A DNA stretch of 63,972 bases, counting the filler, from Choristocarpus tenellus KU-1152 (Eukaryota > Protista > Phaeophyceae), in assembly GCA_964200185.2 (NCBI GenBank). It is 8 parts of 8 records of this genome, joined end to end, with 100 filler letters (N's around TTAATTAATTAA, not from the genome) between each part and the next. Parts side by side here need not be neighbours in the genome. Positions count along the whole stretch, not along the records: positions 36,559 to 41,660 come from CAXNAD020011868.1; positions 41,761 to 48,104 come from CAXNAD020008344.1; 6 more parts are not named here. One strand, written 5' to 3'. Position numbers and translations under genes: made by a program. The notes beneath the pieces are model-generated. The model made no database searches and had not been told where the DNA came from. It was given only the letters and a program-made list of their open reading frames with translations. This document shows positions 36,559-48,204 of the stretch, in pieces; position 1 is the stretch's first letter; the number at the start of each line of letters is the position of its first letter.

Positions 36559-38932
36559 ATTGTTGCAGATCGTTCCTCCTCCTGTCGTTTTCGCTGGGGG
36601 GGGGGGGAAAGACAGTGGAAAGAAGTCTTGTGAAGGCGCTTTGTTGTGTTGTATGATTTGAATTATATTGATACTGTGTTTCATTGGTTAGCATCAAATA
36701 GTACTTTTCAATTAACCATGCGATTACTATCACGAAACGAGACGATTGTCATCGTTCAATACATACAAAGTATTAACAATCAAAACAACATAGTCCAGAT
36801 AATATTTTCTCACTCTGGTCTGAATAGGCGGGCAAAACGAATCCACTACTGAGCTTATCATTGCTGGACTTAAAACACCCACAAGCATATATGCCTTGAA
36901 AAAAAAAGCCTCCTTAACCTTCCCCAAATGAACGGAGCACAACCTTTTCTCATACAAAGTACCTTTTCTCATAAAAAGTACCCTCAATAGTGACTTGCGA
37001 GCAAAACATGGGTTGCTGTGAAAGGAGTGGATGGTTCGGCCAGACCTCTCATTATCAGTCTTCTTTTTTTTTCAGGTAAGAATTGTACCAGGAAATGAGC
37101 ATGACAGACATCTTCTAGTACCTCTGCCAAAGGCCAACTGAGTAAAATATACAATTTTTTCAAAAAATGTATACAGGTTCACTGCCATAGAAACGCCATA
37201 GAAATGCCATACACAAACCTCGCGTTCCCTTTCTTCAGCAATCCTCTTGAGCTCCCTGTTTCTTTCCTCCTCAAGTTTCCTATTCACACGCTTGCTACAG
37301 TACTCAATGTAGTCGTTGGGGTGGGCAGGATCGTATGGGTCCTCCACATCTCCAAAGCCCATGTCCCAGGATGGTGGGCGGGGGCTGTTGGGGGTAGATG
37401 GTTGCCGTGGCGCAGGAGGCTATGGGGGGGAAGAGTCGAGCAGCATTGTGAGTGGGAAGAGGGCAGGAAAGTTGTAGTGCTTTGAAAAACATCACATATG
37501 TGCTCCATGATTGAATTTTTACACGTGTAAAGCAGCTATTACATCCTGCATCAATTTGATCTTCCTTTTTTGGAGGATAGAGAAAACTTATTAAATTGAT
37601 ATCTTGATTTCATTGCAAACAGTAGTAATATTTTGACTGTAGCTCCAGGTGGACTGTAGTTCCCCCAGTTCTTCTCCCTGTGACATGTTGTTCAAGTTAC
37701 GACTTTAGCCTTCTAGAACACATTCTGTTGATATTTCTCTTGGGAATACTAATATATTACATACATCTTGGCACTTTGCTCCCCCCTTGCTTAACACCTC
37801 AGAAAAATCTTGAGAACACATTGCTATTCAATGCGGCACAAGTGGTTACAGTCAACCACTAATACACACAGAACAAAGACAACATCCTCAACTTCACTTG
37901 CTCAAATGCAGGTAAGCGTTCCACACAAAAGGTGATACCCGTTTAGATTACCAATGTCTTCAACGCAGAGGATCAATCCCTTGACAGTTATCACTACACA
38001 AGGACGTAGCGTTGTATGGGAACGTTCTGTTGGGGTCCAGACAGGATTACACAGAACCACTAAAGGACTTTCCTTCTTGTGTGTGGGACTTGGAACATCC
38101 AATCGATGGTGTTGTGAATACATACAGTACGAAAGCAAAGGGTTGAAGTCGTACCCACCAGTCCGTGGAAAAAAAAATCACAATCTAGCACCTGAGGGGT
38201 TGGAGGTGCGACTTTCTCTGGAGTGACTTTACGACCCAGGCCTGACGATGGCACGCTTGGTCGCTTGAGCAGGGACGGTGGCGCCATACGCGTAGAAGCC
38301 TGAAGGAATGATCATCGAGGCAGAGATAGCAACTTAGTTTGTTTCTAGAGAAACATAAACCATTGAGTGGGGTCCACATAAAATGTACTTTCTAATCGGA
38401 ACCTCAGATCACAACAATGACAGGACAAAGAGATTACAACTTAGGGAGGGATTGACCAGAAGGTCGACGGTATGTCTCGAAGGTGACCAAAAGCCTACCT
38501 CCAGTCCACCTCCAGGCAGACACAGTTACTATAGTTGAAGGTGACAAGTAAGTCTAGATATTCGCCCTCCTTGTCAAATCAAAGGTCAAGCCAAGAATTC
38601 GATCTCGAATCCAAGTCTTCTGTCAGATACATCAACACGATCAGAACACATAGATGAGGCCAAAACATCAATATTTCAAGCCAAAATATGGAAATTGCAT
38701 CATTACAGTCAGTGGCATAACCACCAACAGCGCCGGAACACCTAAATATCATTGATCCCCATAGTTACCAACGACGACACCTCACCACACTGGTCCTCTT
38801 CGCAATCATGCCCTGGAACTTGGAGTGGGCCCATCCTCCTGACTTCGGCTTCTTCGTGTTCGTAGCATTATTTCCTCCCGTCGAGGTGGCCGCCGTCTTA
38901 TCGACCGACGGAAGATCGGCGTAGATATCCAT
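36559..38932 (-). CDS. RBM17: Splicing factor 45 (SPF45/RBM17/DRT111-like), N-terminal part
   Basis: Exons 38932-38786 (MDIYADLPS...), 38299-38192, 37419-37219 (SF45 motif EDPYDPAHPNDYIEY followed by a charged helix), 36593-36559. The G-patch and UHM would lie beyond the contig end. Confidence 0.8.
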
Positions 38933-40125
38933 AGCATAGAGGCAAATAAGTCCTCGTTGGTAGAGAGAATGGAGGAGGCCATCCAGGTTTGCAATTTATT
39001 GGGAGGCCATTGCCTGATGGAATGATGGAATGATGAATGGATGTGATGTGTAAGATAACACCATAATACAATACATTACGTACGATGTTGACTTCGAATG
39101 CGTAGGGCAGTCACTTCCTTCTCTGATTTCTGAGTACTCCAGAGTTCACATTGCCTTGTTACCATAAAAAATGTTGTCCTCCAGCAACATATTGTTGACC
39201 ATGTAGGTATGTTCGGTGATTTATCAGTGAACTCTTCTTGTGGATAGGTGGCAGGATCTGACTTATCATGTACTAACATATACACATATAGCATGACACA
39301 CGTAGCCACTTTGCTCGAAATATAAAACTGGATGCAAGACTAAGTGGAACTTTAAATATTAACAACCAGAGATTACATACATTGTGTTTAAGTTGGTAGT
39401 TTGTTCACGAAAACTAGTAGGAGAAATCATTGAAGGAGTAGGAGCCTATAATGTAATGATAGGTTAAACATCGGCCCCAGCAGAAGCACTAGTTGTCGGA
39501 GATGTAGCATACACGAAAGTAATAACTCTGCTTTCATCAAACGGTTGTGTGTGATGACAATACCTACCTGCCTTCTTTTCAACCCCTCAACCAAGAAAGA
39601 CCAGTGAGTGCAGCAGCGTTGATGTATGATAAAATATAGTGGTGGAGGTCAGGTTACAATATTGAAAAAACAAATTTATAATTGTCTGCATTTTGAAAGC
39701 AAAGCAAAAAAAACGAGGTTTGAGGTCTAGGGTTAACCACGATTTCAACTCACTCAATCAATCGTAAATATGAAACCCATCACAACCCCAGCCAATTTAA
39801 TCTCAAAATGTGACTACCACACTTGGGTACGTTAAAAACACGCCCTAGCATTTAAAATCGCTACCCCATGCTGGCGATCACGGAATTTCAACTAACCTCA
39901 CCCCCCACTAAGATTCGACAGCACATACCAACATAATAACCTTACTACATAATCGTTTATACAAACTTCAAAAACACAATTGCAAAATTTTAACCCAAAC
40001 GAATCATTTCAAGGCATGGCTGCTACACCCAGATAGGTTCCAAACATACCTTAGGATTCAACGTCAACACCTCATGATGCCGATCACGAACTTTCAGCTT
40101 ACTCACCCCCTCTGATTCCATAGAC

Positions 40126-40386
40126 GAGTCAAAGTATCTTGGAGGGTATAGTCTCGTCCATTTTGGGGCCAAAGTCAAATGTTGCGATTTTGATTAAATT
40201 TTTGCTATCGTGTTTGTTAGGAAGTGTTAATATCCTTGTTCCGGACACACCTTTTCATAACGTACACATTTTACCTACACCGAAAACTTTTCGGAGTAGA
40301 TAAAATTTCATTAAAAAAGACATGGGAAGCCAAGCCTCAAACGGACAAACAGAGAAATACTTGTACCCTCTAAGATACTTTCATTC
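40126..40386 (-). mobile_element. MITE family 1, inverted, TSD AGAC
   Basis: GAGTCAAAGTATCTTGGAGGGTA...TACCCTCTAAGATACTTTCATTC; AGAC at 40122-40125 and 40387-40390. Confidence 0.92.
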
Positions 40387-41329
40387 AGACATTGCAGGGG
40401 AGGGATAAGGCAAAGACCGAAATAAACCATTATAGGAATCTACTCTAATACAAGAACTTTTAAAACGATATCTACTTGTTAGCATGGTCCATCTGTATGT
40501 CCCACGACGACTGATGATCGACCAGAGGAAATTGATGTCATGGGGCCTGGTTCTGTGTGATGGGGGTTGTTGAGTACCACCAACGATGAGGCTCAGAAAG
40601 GAAGTGAGAGATGAGACTAAGGCATGCTGGGCGTGTGTTGACAGCCTCAGAGTGCCCTGTGGATCAATCTCCGCTGTGATTGGTTGTGAACAGTCAGGAC
40701 AGAAAACACAATCTCGGACTTTGCTGGTTTCGATCTACCGTTTATGCCAGGGTTTCCGCGAGCTAATGGTGTATCTGACCCACGCCACATCGCTTGGAAT
40801 GGCCTCAATGGCAAACGTTGGCACGAGTAAATGGTATGACTGGCCGTATTATCCTCATCAATGTTGGGAGATCCCAAAAAAGAGGACCTGTCCCTGACAG
40901 CATTCATCGTTTCCCAGTATAATGCATGAATATTCTCTGTAAGGCCAAGTCGTACACCAATACACCCAAGTGGGCCCAATGAATGGCTAGAGGACTCTAT
41001 TCTCAATATTTTTTAACACCATTGTTACAGAGTATGCATTGTTATTATTGGTTCGCATCAGTCTGAGGGTTTCCAGACCTTTGGTCAAAAGGAGCCCAGG
41101 GAGGGAGAAATAATAATAATACAGCAAATACTACACAGGAGCGAGAGGGGAGAGAGAGAGGGCAAAGAAGATAAAAAAAACAAAAGCACACTCTCCAGTA
41201 AAACAGAAATTCGAAAATCTGAGGGACACCATCGACCTTGACATGTCATCATCCCCAAGATCTTACTGACAAAGAACTCGAAGGGGGCAAGAGAAAAATG
41301 AAAAGAAATTCCATTGCCATGTCTGATCC

Positions 41330-41600
41330 CATCCTTCAGGCAGCAAGGACTAGGTCTGAGGCGGTGTATATTATGTCCACTGTGGAGAATTGAAGCTGGA
41401 AACCGCATTGTTCCTCACCCAGGATATCTTCCTATTCCAGATAGGCACTGAGACGTCTAGCGAAAACTTTAGGAAGCACGTTTCCAGCATGTTTCACCAA
41501 TGAAATTTCCCTGTCCTGTAGTTGCCACAATCTGCTCGGTCCTTCTTCTTGTGGAGTACCTTATTGACCACATCTTTCCAAGCTTGCGGCACATCTGTTA
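41330..41600 (-). pseudogene. Decayed RTE-clade non-LTR retrotransposon reverse-transcriptase fragment
   Basis: VPQAWKDVVNKVLHKKKDRADCGNYR (frameshift from duplicated ACAGG) [46 protein letters not shown] matches the RTE RT N-terminal motifs (CGNYRGISL...EEQCGFR..RST.D). 40650-40980 (RLPLR...) may be the element's C-terminal remnant. Confidence 0.85.
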
Positions 41601-41660
41601 CAGGCGAATAGAGCGAGTATTTCTTCTTGTATTTCAACGAAGTGCAAACGGTTGTTACAC

Positions 41661-41760
41661 NNNNNNNNNNNNNNNNNNNNNNNNNNNNNNNNNNNNNNNN
41701 NNNNTTAATTAATTAANNNNNNNNNNNNNNNNNNNNNNNNNNNNNNNNNNNNNNNNNNNN
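41661..41760. other. Artificial contig spacer
   Basis: N44-TTAATTAATTAA-N44. Confidence 0.98.
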
Positions 41761-42248
41761 CAAAACCATTGCAGGGCTTAACACCAGACACAACAATTAA
41801 CAGTGATGCGTCCCCCCCCCCCACCCCCATCAAGTACTAGCCTCTGTCCACATTAAAAAACTAACTTTCCCGTGAGAGTTCCATCAGTACAAGGGTTTTT
41901 TTTTTAACTCCGGCGTCACTTCATTTTAATATTTTTGTTACTGTACATATGAAATCATACAAATGCACTAACCAGCATACTACACGATATGCTCACAAGT
42001 ATTCATCGTTCTTAACGATTTTAGAATTTATGTCCTCCTTTGCCTGGCCTGGTCCAACCAACCTGGGACCCAGACCAGCCCTGTCAAAAATATTTCTCAT
42101 CTCTCATCACTCGACTGGCCAGCAGACTGTCCCCGAGAAAAGCTTTAAAATGCCCCTGGCCCTACCCTGCTCAACAAACTTTGGACCAAATTGTTGACCT
42201 GGTTTGAATCACTATGGTCTCGACCTATATTGTTACAAAACATTGTAC

Positions 42249-43488
42249 CGGAAGAGTCCCGACGTCTAGTCGTGTCACAGATACCCAGTCCAGCGCAAGG
42301 CCCTGAACATTTGTCTGACCACTCAAGTGCTCGCTCACCCACTTGTCCAAACCAATCAACACATCCATCCAGCTACCACTGTTGCATAGTACATAACCAT
42401 AATTCAGCAGAATATTTTGAAGTACTGACAACACAACACACTGCAGTGGTATAAGGCAAGTAGGGCGACTCTACTCTGCTACAGCGTCCATGATTTCAAG
42501 CACTCTGAAACACAGAATAGTCACAATGCATCGAATCTGTAACGTAAGTCATATTGAAACTGAAGCACTACGGCACTCCTCCGTTTGAACAAGAGTTGTC
42601 ATGGAACGTTCGAGGAAACATTTAAGCTAGTATTCCTCCACAGAGCTAACAACAGGTGGCACCCTAACAGACCCAATTCCAATCCAAGGGCTTGCTTGCT
42701 TGTGTACAGGGTCATATCTGACTGCTCTCTGATTTTGCACAAAATTAGTAGTAGGTGGTCAACAGTTCATCTGCAGGTGACAGACACACCTATGAAGCAG
42801 GAATCTGACGACTCACAACATAGTGCAAGCAATCAGCCCCCTCCCGCTTTTGGCCGTTCTCTTTAGGAAGAGGGGACGGGAGACACAATAACACCCTTCA
42901 AAGTAATAGAAAGAGTAACAACATCGACACCAAGCAATTTCAGTGACACAAGACGAGAGGTAAAAGTGATGCTCTAACCGCTGAAACACTGAAAATAGCG
43001 TCAATTGCCTGGGGGAAACAAATCAGTGGATCCATTAAACACAACCAGAAAAACAGCACAATTGACCAGCCATTTTCAAATCGAACTATGAAAGAGTCCC
43101 ATGTTCAAAGAGGTGTGATAGGTAAAAACATACGAGCAATGTTCTTCACTACTGAACCAGTTAAAGCGGATACTCTTCCCCACCTCAGACATGGAGCACA
43201 GAATCGAGCCTTCCAATACAGTCCAAAGGTACTTCGTCAGATCGTTGGACTGCAGTACCTGCTCGTTCCCCATTTTACCCTCACTCAAACCAGAGAAATT
43301 TCTCAGTCCATTACCTCTGCAGCCATTATGGTTCATCAAGTGAATCCCACCTGCATGGGCCCCTTCACTCAAAGACGAGCTGGCTATTACAAGACTGCAC
43401 AGCAACAATGGCACAGTGACCACCCCCACAGCTAGGCCTCTGAGGTTGGGTATGCTACACGTGTAGAGGGGTTAAGAGAGACAGACAG

Positions 43489-43525
<37 letters not shown>

Positions 43526-45194
43526 CGGCCTGACCTGCTTTGCATGTTGCTTGGCTATTGATGTACACAACCGCGAGGAGGTAAGACACATGGAAAGTCA
43601 TAATCCCAGATTAACCATTATGTTATGGAGCACATTGTGCAAGATACATGGGATGATTCAAGAGGCAACAACAATACCCCTAGTCAAAAAAATCCAAAGG
43701 CATAGAACTTCCTACAAGAAAATTCATGAGTCAAAGCTACCTTCCATATTTCGCAATCTTTTCTCCCTTCTTACCCTTCCAACCCACCCTCCACTGATCA
43801 ACACAACTAAACTTAGACAAAAGAATGGTGGTGAGAGGACGTTTGTCCAGAGCTGTACAAATATGAACCCTCACCCTTTATGTGATGGATTCATTGTCAT
43901 AGGTGTGCCAAGCGTCTCTGCCTGCAACAGTGATACTCCCGGGACTGGTGTTTGTTCAAGGTTTGGAGGTAGTTCTTTCCCCCCTCCCCCCTCATCAAGC
44001 CCTTCGCTACTTGCCTCGTCTCCCACTTCCATACTACGGGGAGCTATATTGGTGCTTCTTGTTCCCTGTTTGTGGCGCGTAAAAAATGGAGGAGTTGAGA
44101 TGGGACTATGAAAACTTCCAGGTACGATCCATTTGGGTGATATAGTTCAATTTGGTCTCAGTGACAATCATGTTCTCCCTGCGATAATTGGACTTAACAG
44201 TAAGCCTTGGATGGTCAAAAGCTGCTCTACAACAGGCATTAACTGACTTTGACGGATGGCATACTTTCGTCGGTTATAGGAGGCTACGGCCCTTCGTATT
44301 TACGTCAAACTTTGGCAGTATCCATTGCAGCACTTTGTTCAGCTTCATCCGATACCCTCTAAGCAGGGAGCAAGAGCAAGAATTGTAAAGGAGGAAAGCA
44401 CTGGAGAAGGGAGCTGCTACACAAGAACAAGAAAAGGAACACCGAATTTTAACATCAACAAGCCCAAATAAATCGATCTGCTTCGATAACCTAGTCCACA
44501 CAAATTGCCAAACTCGTCATCCCAGTTCATAACTCACCTTACCCCGGGAGCTCACTCGTGAGGCACCCAATACAATGTACGCACTATTCCTCAACCCTAT
44601 ACATGTATTTCCTCCGGCCCTGAAGATCCCCCTAACCGGCCGACCAACGACGCCAAAAACGCCTGTGCCAAGACCCTTAGCGAAGCCTCGGACTCCTTCC
44701 TCTTGTCCACCCCGAACAGGGTCTCGGAGGAGTCCTACTGCGCCTTCTTTTACACCCCTTGCAATATAAATGATTTCACCCCCCAACAAGTACTGCCTTC
44801 GCTTCGGTAAAGCTACACCCTTTCCCTGTCCCTGATGGACTCCTTCCTGAGTGATCTCCTTACTCGAATCGTCTTCATCGATGATGTTCGTTAGTTTGCC
44901 AGGGAAGTCTTCCTCCAAGTCCTTGGCTGAGGTAACGAGAACATCATCCACGCTAGTTAGTCTATTTCTCGAACGGGCAACGATCGCCCATGATCTCTCA
45001 CGTCTTCTTTGGTTTAGGACTGCAAGAGCACAGGCGAGGAAGGTACACGCCACCAGACCTATTGCAACGTCATCGCGGTCTGTATTCAAGTGTAGCGTCC
45101 AAGCCAGGACTGTAACAGACAGAAGTAGAACTGCCGACTCCCCTAACAACGGGAACAGTGATTCTGGGGTATCTTCCGTCTGCTCCCCCGCCAT
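42249..45194 (-). CDS. Membrane protein: two N-terminal TM helices + ATG2/VPS13 C-terminal-like Gly-rich helices + probable SMP domain start, 3' truncated
   Basis: Exons 45194-44538, 44065-43875, ~43379-43184, ~42341-42249. GVKEGAVGLLRDPVRGGQEEGVRGFAKGLGTGVFGVVGRPVRG is ATG_C-like. NDLTKYLWTVLEGSI...E|WVSEHLSG...LDWVSVTRLDVGTLP is SMP-like. Confidence 0.6.
43476..43525. repeat. (GA)n/(CA)n microsatellite
   Basis: Direct reading of the sequence. Confidence 0.9.
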
Positions 45195-45531
45195 TTTACT
45201 CGAGTTTACGCAATTCCAATGCTGGAGTTATGGAGGTGATGGATGAATCGTTATCGTACGAGCGATATACGATGTCGTATATTTCGCTTCAAATTGTACC
45301 ACAACAATTTTCTTGATACAACCCGTCCTACTTCTTCCATCACAAGAGGAAGGAAGACCACCACCGCTTCCAATCGATTGATACATCGAATCCCTGGTAG
45401 TGATAGAAAGAGAGGGGTGCGCCGTTATCTTCTCTTAGTCGGAGAAAATATTTTACAGTTGTTGTGAAAACAGCGTTTTAATACAATTCACAAGGTGTCC
45501 ACACCCCTTCTGGCGAGGCATTGTTGACATC

Positions 45532-47856
45532 ATGGACATCAGATATGTAGCCTCGGGCACCCCGCAGAAGGAGAAGACGCCGGAGAGGAAGATATCCTCT
45601 CTCGCATCACTCTCTCAGGCAATCGAGGGTCAGATGGCGACGGTTGCGGATACGAAGACGACGATGATGATGGATCTAGGGGGAGACGAGGACCAAAGGG
45701 AGCAGTCTATCGCAAGTGTGAGCGAAGCATCACAAGGGAGACTCGCGAGTGTCAGGATCAGGGGCCAGGCCCTCAACAGCATGAACTTAACGGTGAGTTA
45801 ATTCCTGCGAGTCTCTATCTGGAAAATGTGTTACCCCGTTTAATTAAGTACAAGTCAATGACCTGCCTTCTTTCCAATTTTGCTATTGTGTGTCAAACTT
45901 TAAGCATGCTCTCCTCCTTTGGTGGTTCAGGCTGGTGATATCATACGTTCGCAAAGGAGTAAGCCGCGGAAAACGCCGGACAGAAGTACCCCTTCCTCCC
46001 TTCCTCGCTTAAGAACAGATAGGGATACCCCGATGCGTCCCAACCAGTCGGTGCTAATTGCCACACCTCGTTCTGAGCTAAGTAGATCTGTGGATGAAGG
46101 GTCCGCGACCACAGCAGATATGGAAGAGCTTATACGGCGTCAGAAAGACCAATTAAAGACCAAGGATTTTGAAATCAAGGTGAGATTTGTTTTATTCGTG
46201 AGTACTTGGGTCGAATTTTCTCTAACATTGGCTCAGTGCAGTGCAAGCGTCGTGTTGTAGCGAGGCGCTGCTGGGCGTGACACTCAAAGCCTGTTTTTTT
46301 GTTCCTCGTCTGCACTATGTTTTCTTTCACTCTAACCCTTGGACCTTGGATGCTCTTTCATGACGGGATAGAGGTTGCTGAGTGAGCATTACAGTAAGTC
46401 GGAGGACTTGATGAAGCTGAAGAGAAGTATTGATGTATCTATGCATGGAGATCGAGAAACTAACAATAAGGTGAGATTTTGGGGGATTGGTGCTTACTAA
46501 TTGGTGGAGGACTCAGTTGGGCATGATTTGTGCTGCTCTCAATGTTAACGCTATTCGTGAATGATATTGTGTCCTGAAAGTCGTATTTTTTTCATTCCAA
46601 GAGAGGACTATCCGATGGGAGGTTATGAGAGGGAATATTAGTATGTGGGGTGGTAACTCAGGCATCATTTCGTTGTGAGAGGAAGATGGTTAGAGCTCTC
46701 TGTGCAGAATGCTCAAATCAATGCTGTGATGACCCACATCATCTAGATTTGTCCATTGGTCGGTTGTTTGGTGTAGTGGAGCTCTCAAAGGTACGGAGCT
46801 CTCCACACCATGCTAATCAAATCACCAAAGCTTCAAGCAGTGGGTTACGGCAACCTGTCCTCACCTCTTCACTCTGAACATCCCCTCCCCTCCCCTCCCC
46901 ATTCCACTGCTCCTTTTTCTTACATTACTCATGTAGATTGCAGAACTGACCGACAGCCTTGCCAAGGAGAGAAGCAAGTTGTTGTCAACCGAGGCAGACT
47001 TGGAAGTGCAGAATCGAAAGCTGATTGCAATGGAACAAGACGTGACAAACAAAGCCAAAAAGCTCTCGGTGATGGACGAGGAGCAGAAACGAGCCCACAA
47101 GGAAAACATGGAGTTATCTACCAAGCTGGACGAAGCGCTCCAGAATGTCTCCAGGGATCCAAGGTTGAGCCCACACGCCTTGCCACAGGAGGATGGTATG
47201 ACTGGGGATAGTGGCAGCTTGGTAGCTGTGGATGAGCTCAAGTGTGAATTGTCCAGGACGAAGGAGGCTCTTGCACACCTGGTCAGGGAGATTGAGGACA
47301 TACGACTTGGAAGGGTAAGAGCGTGAGAGGAGTTGATCTTGGTAGTAGCAGAATGCTTTTGACGTTTTGGTGCTGACATTTCGAGGATCAACTTTTAGCA
47401 CCGTGGATTTTTTTTAGCGGGGGGGAGGAGGTAGAGAAGTTTTTTTCTTGGCTTACTTCGCAGTGGGGGATTTTGTGTTCATGGTCAACAGGTAGCTTTG
47501 TTCTGACTCTTTGCTGTCAAGGTCTATCCCGCCAAGTGCCTCTCATTTGACAGGAGTAGAGCCAGTTTTGTCTTTGATATCATCCTGCACTCCTCCCTCT
47601 CCCGCCGTTTCCTGCTGGTTCCCTTGATCCTTCATTTCAACTTTGACTCTAGGCGAAGGAAAACCAACAACACATGGAGGAGCTAGAAAGGTTGAAGGGG
47701 ATGGGGTCCAACAAGAGCGGTGGGTGGCTTCTGTCTTTTGTAAAGCATTTGTATTACTACTTGGGATGGTCAGGCTTCCTGTACTTCCTCTACATGTTGG
47801 CATCCGGGGATGCTCTGATGCCCCGTGGTGTAGATGTGTACCGCTACGCCCACTGA
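45532..47856 (+). CDS. Tail-anchored coiled-coil protein of unknown function, apparently complete
   Basis: Phase-0 exons 45532-45792, 45931-46179, 46372-46470, 46937-47314, 47653-47856. Disordered S/T/P-rich N-terminus, heptad-rich middle, C-terminal TM (LYYYLGWSGFLYFLYMLA) and a short tail. Confidence 0.8.
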
Positions 47857-48104
47857 TTAGGGCGCTTACAGACATGCTTTTTGCCATTATCACTATAGTG
47901 GATATGATGGGTAACACTCTTATATGGTACCAAGTGCTGGCCCGGGTTGGGTTCTATTCCTTTCAAAAGTCCCTGGAACTTTTTGTGAAGGTAAGTCCCC
48001 ACAGCTTGCTCCTGATCAGGAAGTCAGGCTCTAAGTTTGTGATGCTGTTAGGGGTTTTGGGGAGGGGGGGAGGGGGGGACTCGAACGTGTTCAATACAGC
48101 CTGG

Positions 48105-48204
48105 NNNNNNNNNNNNNNNNNNNNNNNNNNNNNNNNNNNNNNNNNNNNTTAATTAATTAANNNNNNNNNNNNNNNNNNNNNNNNNNNNNNNNNNNNNNNN
48201 NNNN
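48105..48204. other. Artificial contig spacer
   Basis: N44-TTAATTAATTAA-N44. Confidence 0.98.

Noticed and set aside
10293-48204. Recurrent TTAATTAATTAA palindrome within N-runs as a biological motif; treating all genes as one cluster
   Set aside because: These are identical 100-bp artificial joins with six-frame stops. The contigs are unlinked, so co-occurrence (e.g. dynein with IFT20) is not synteny.
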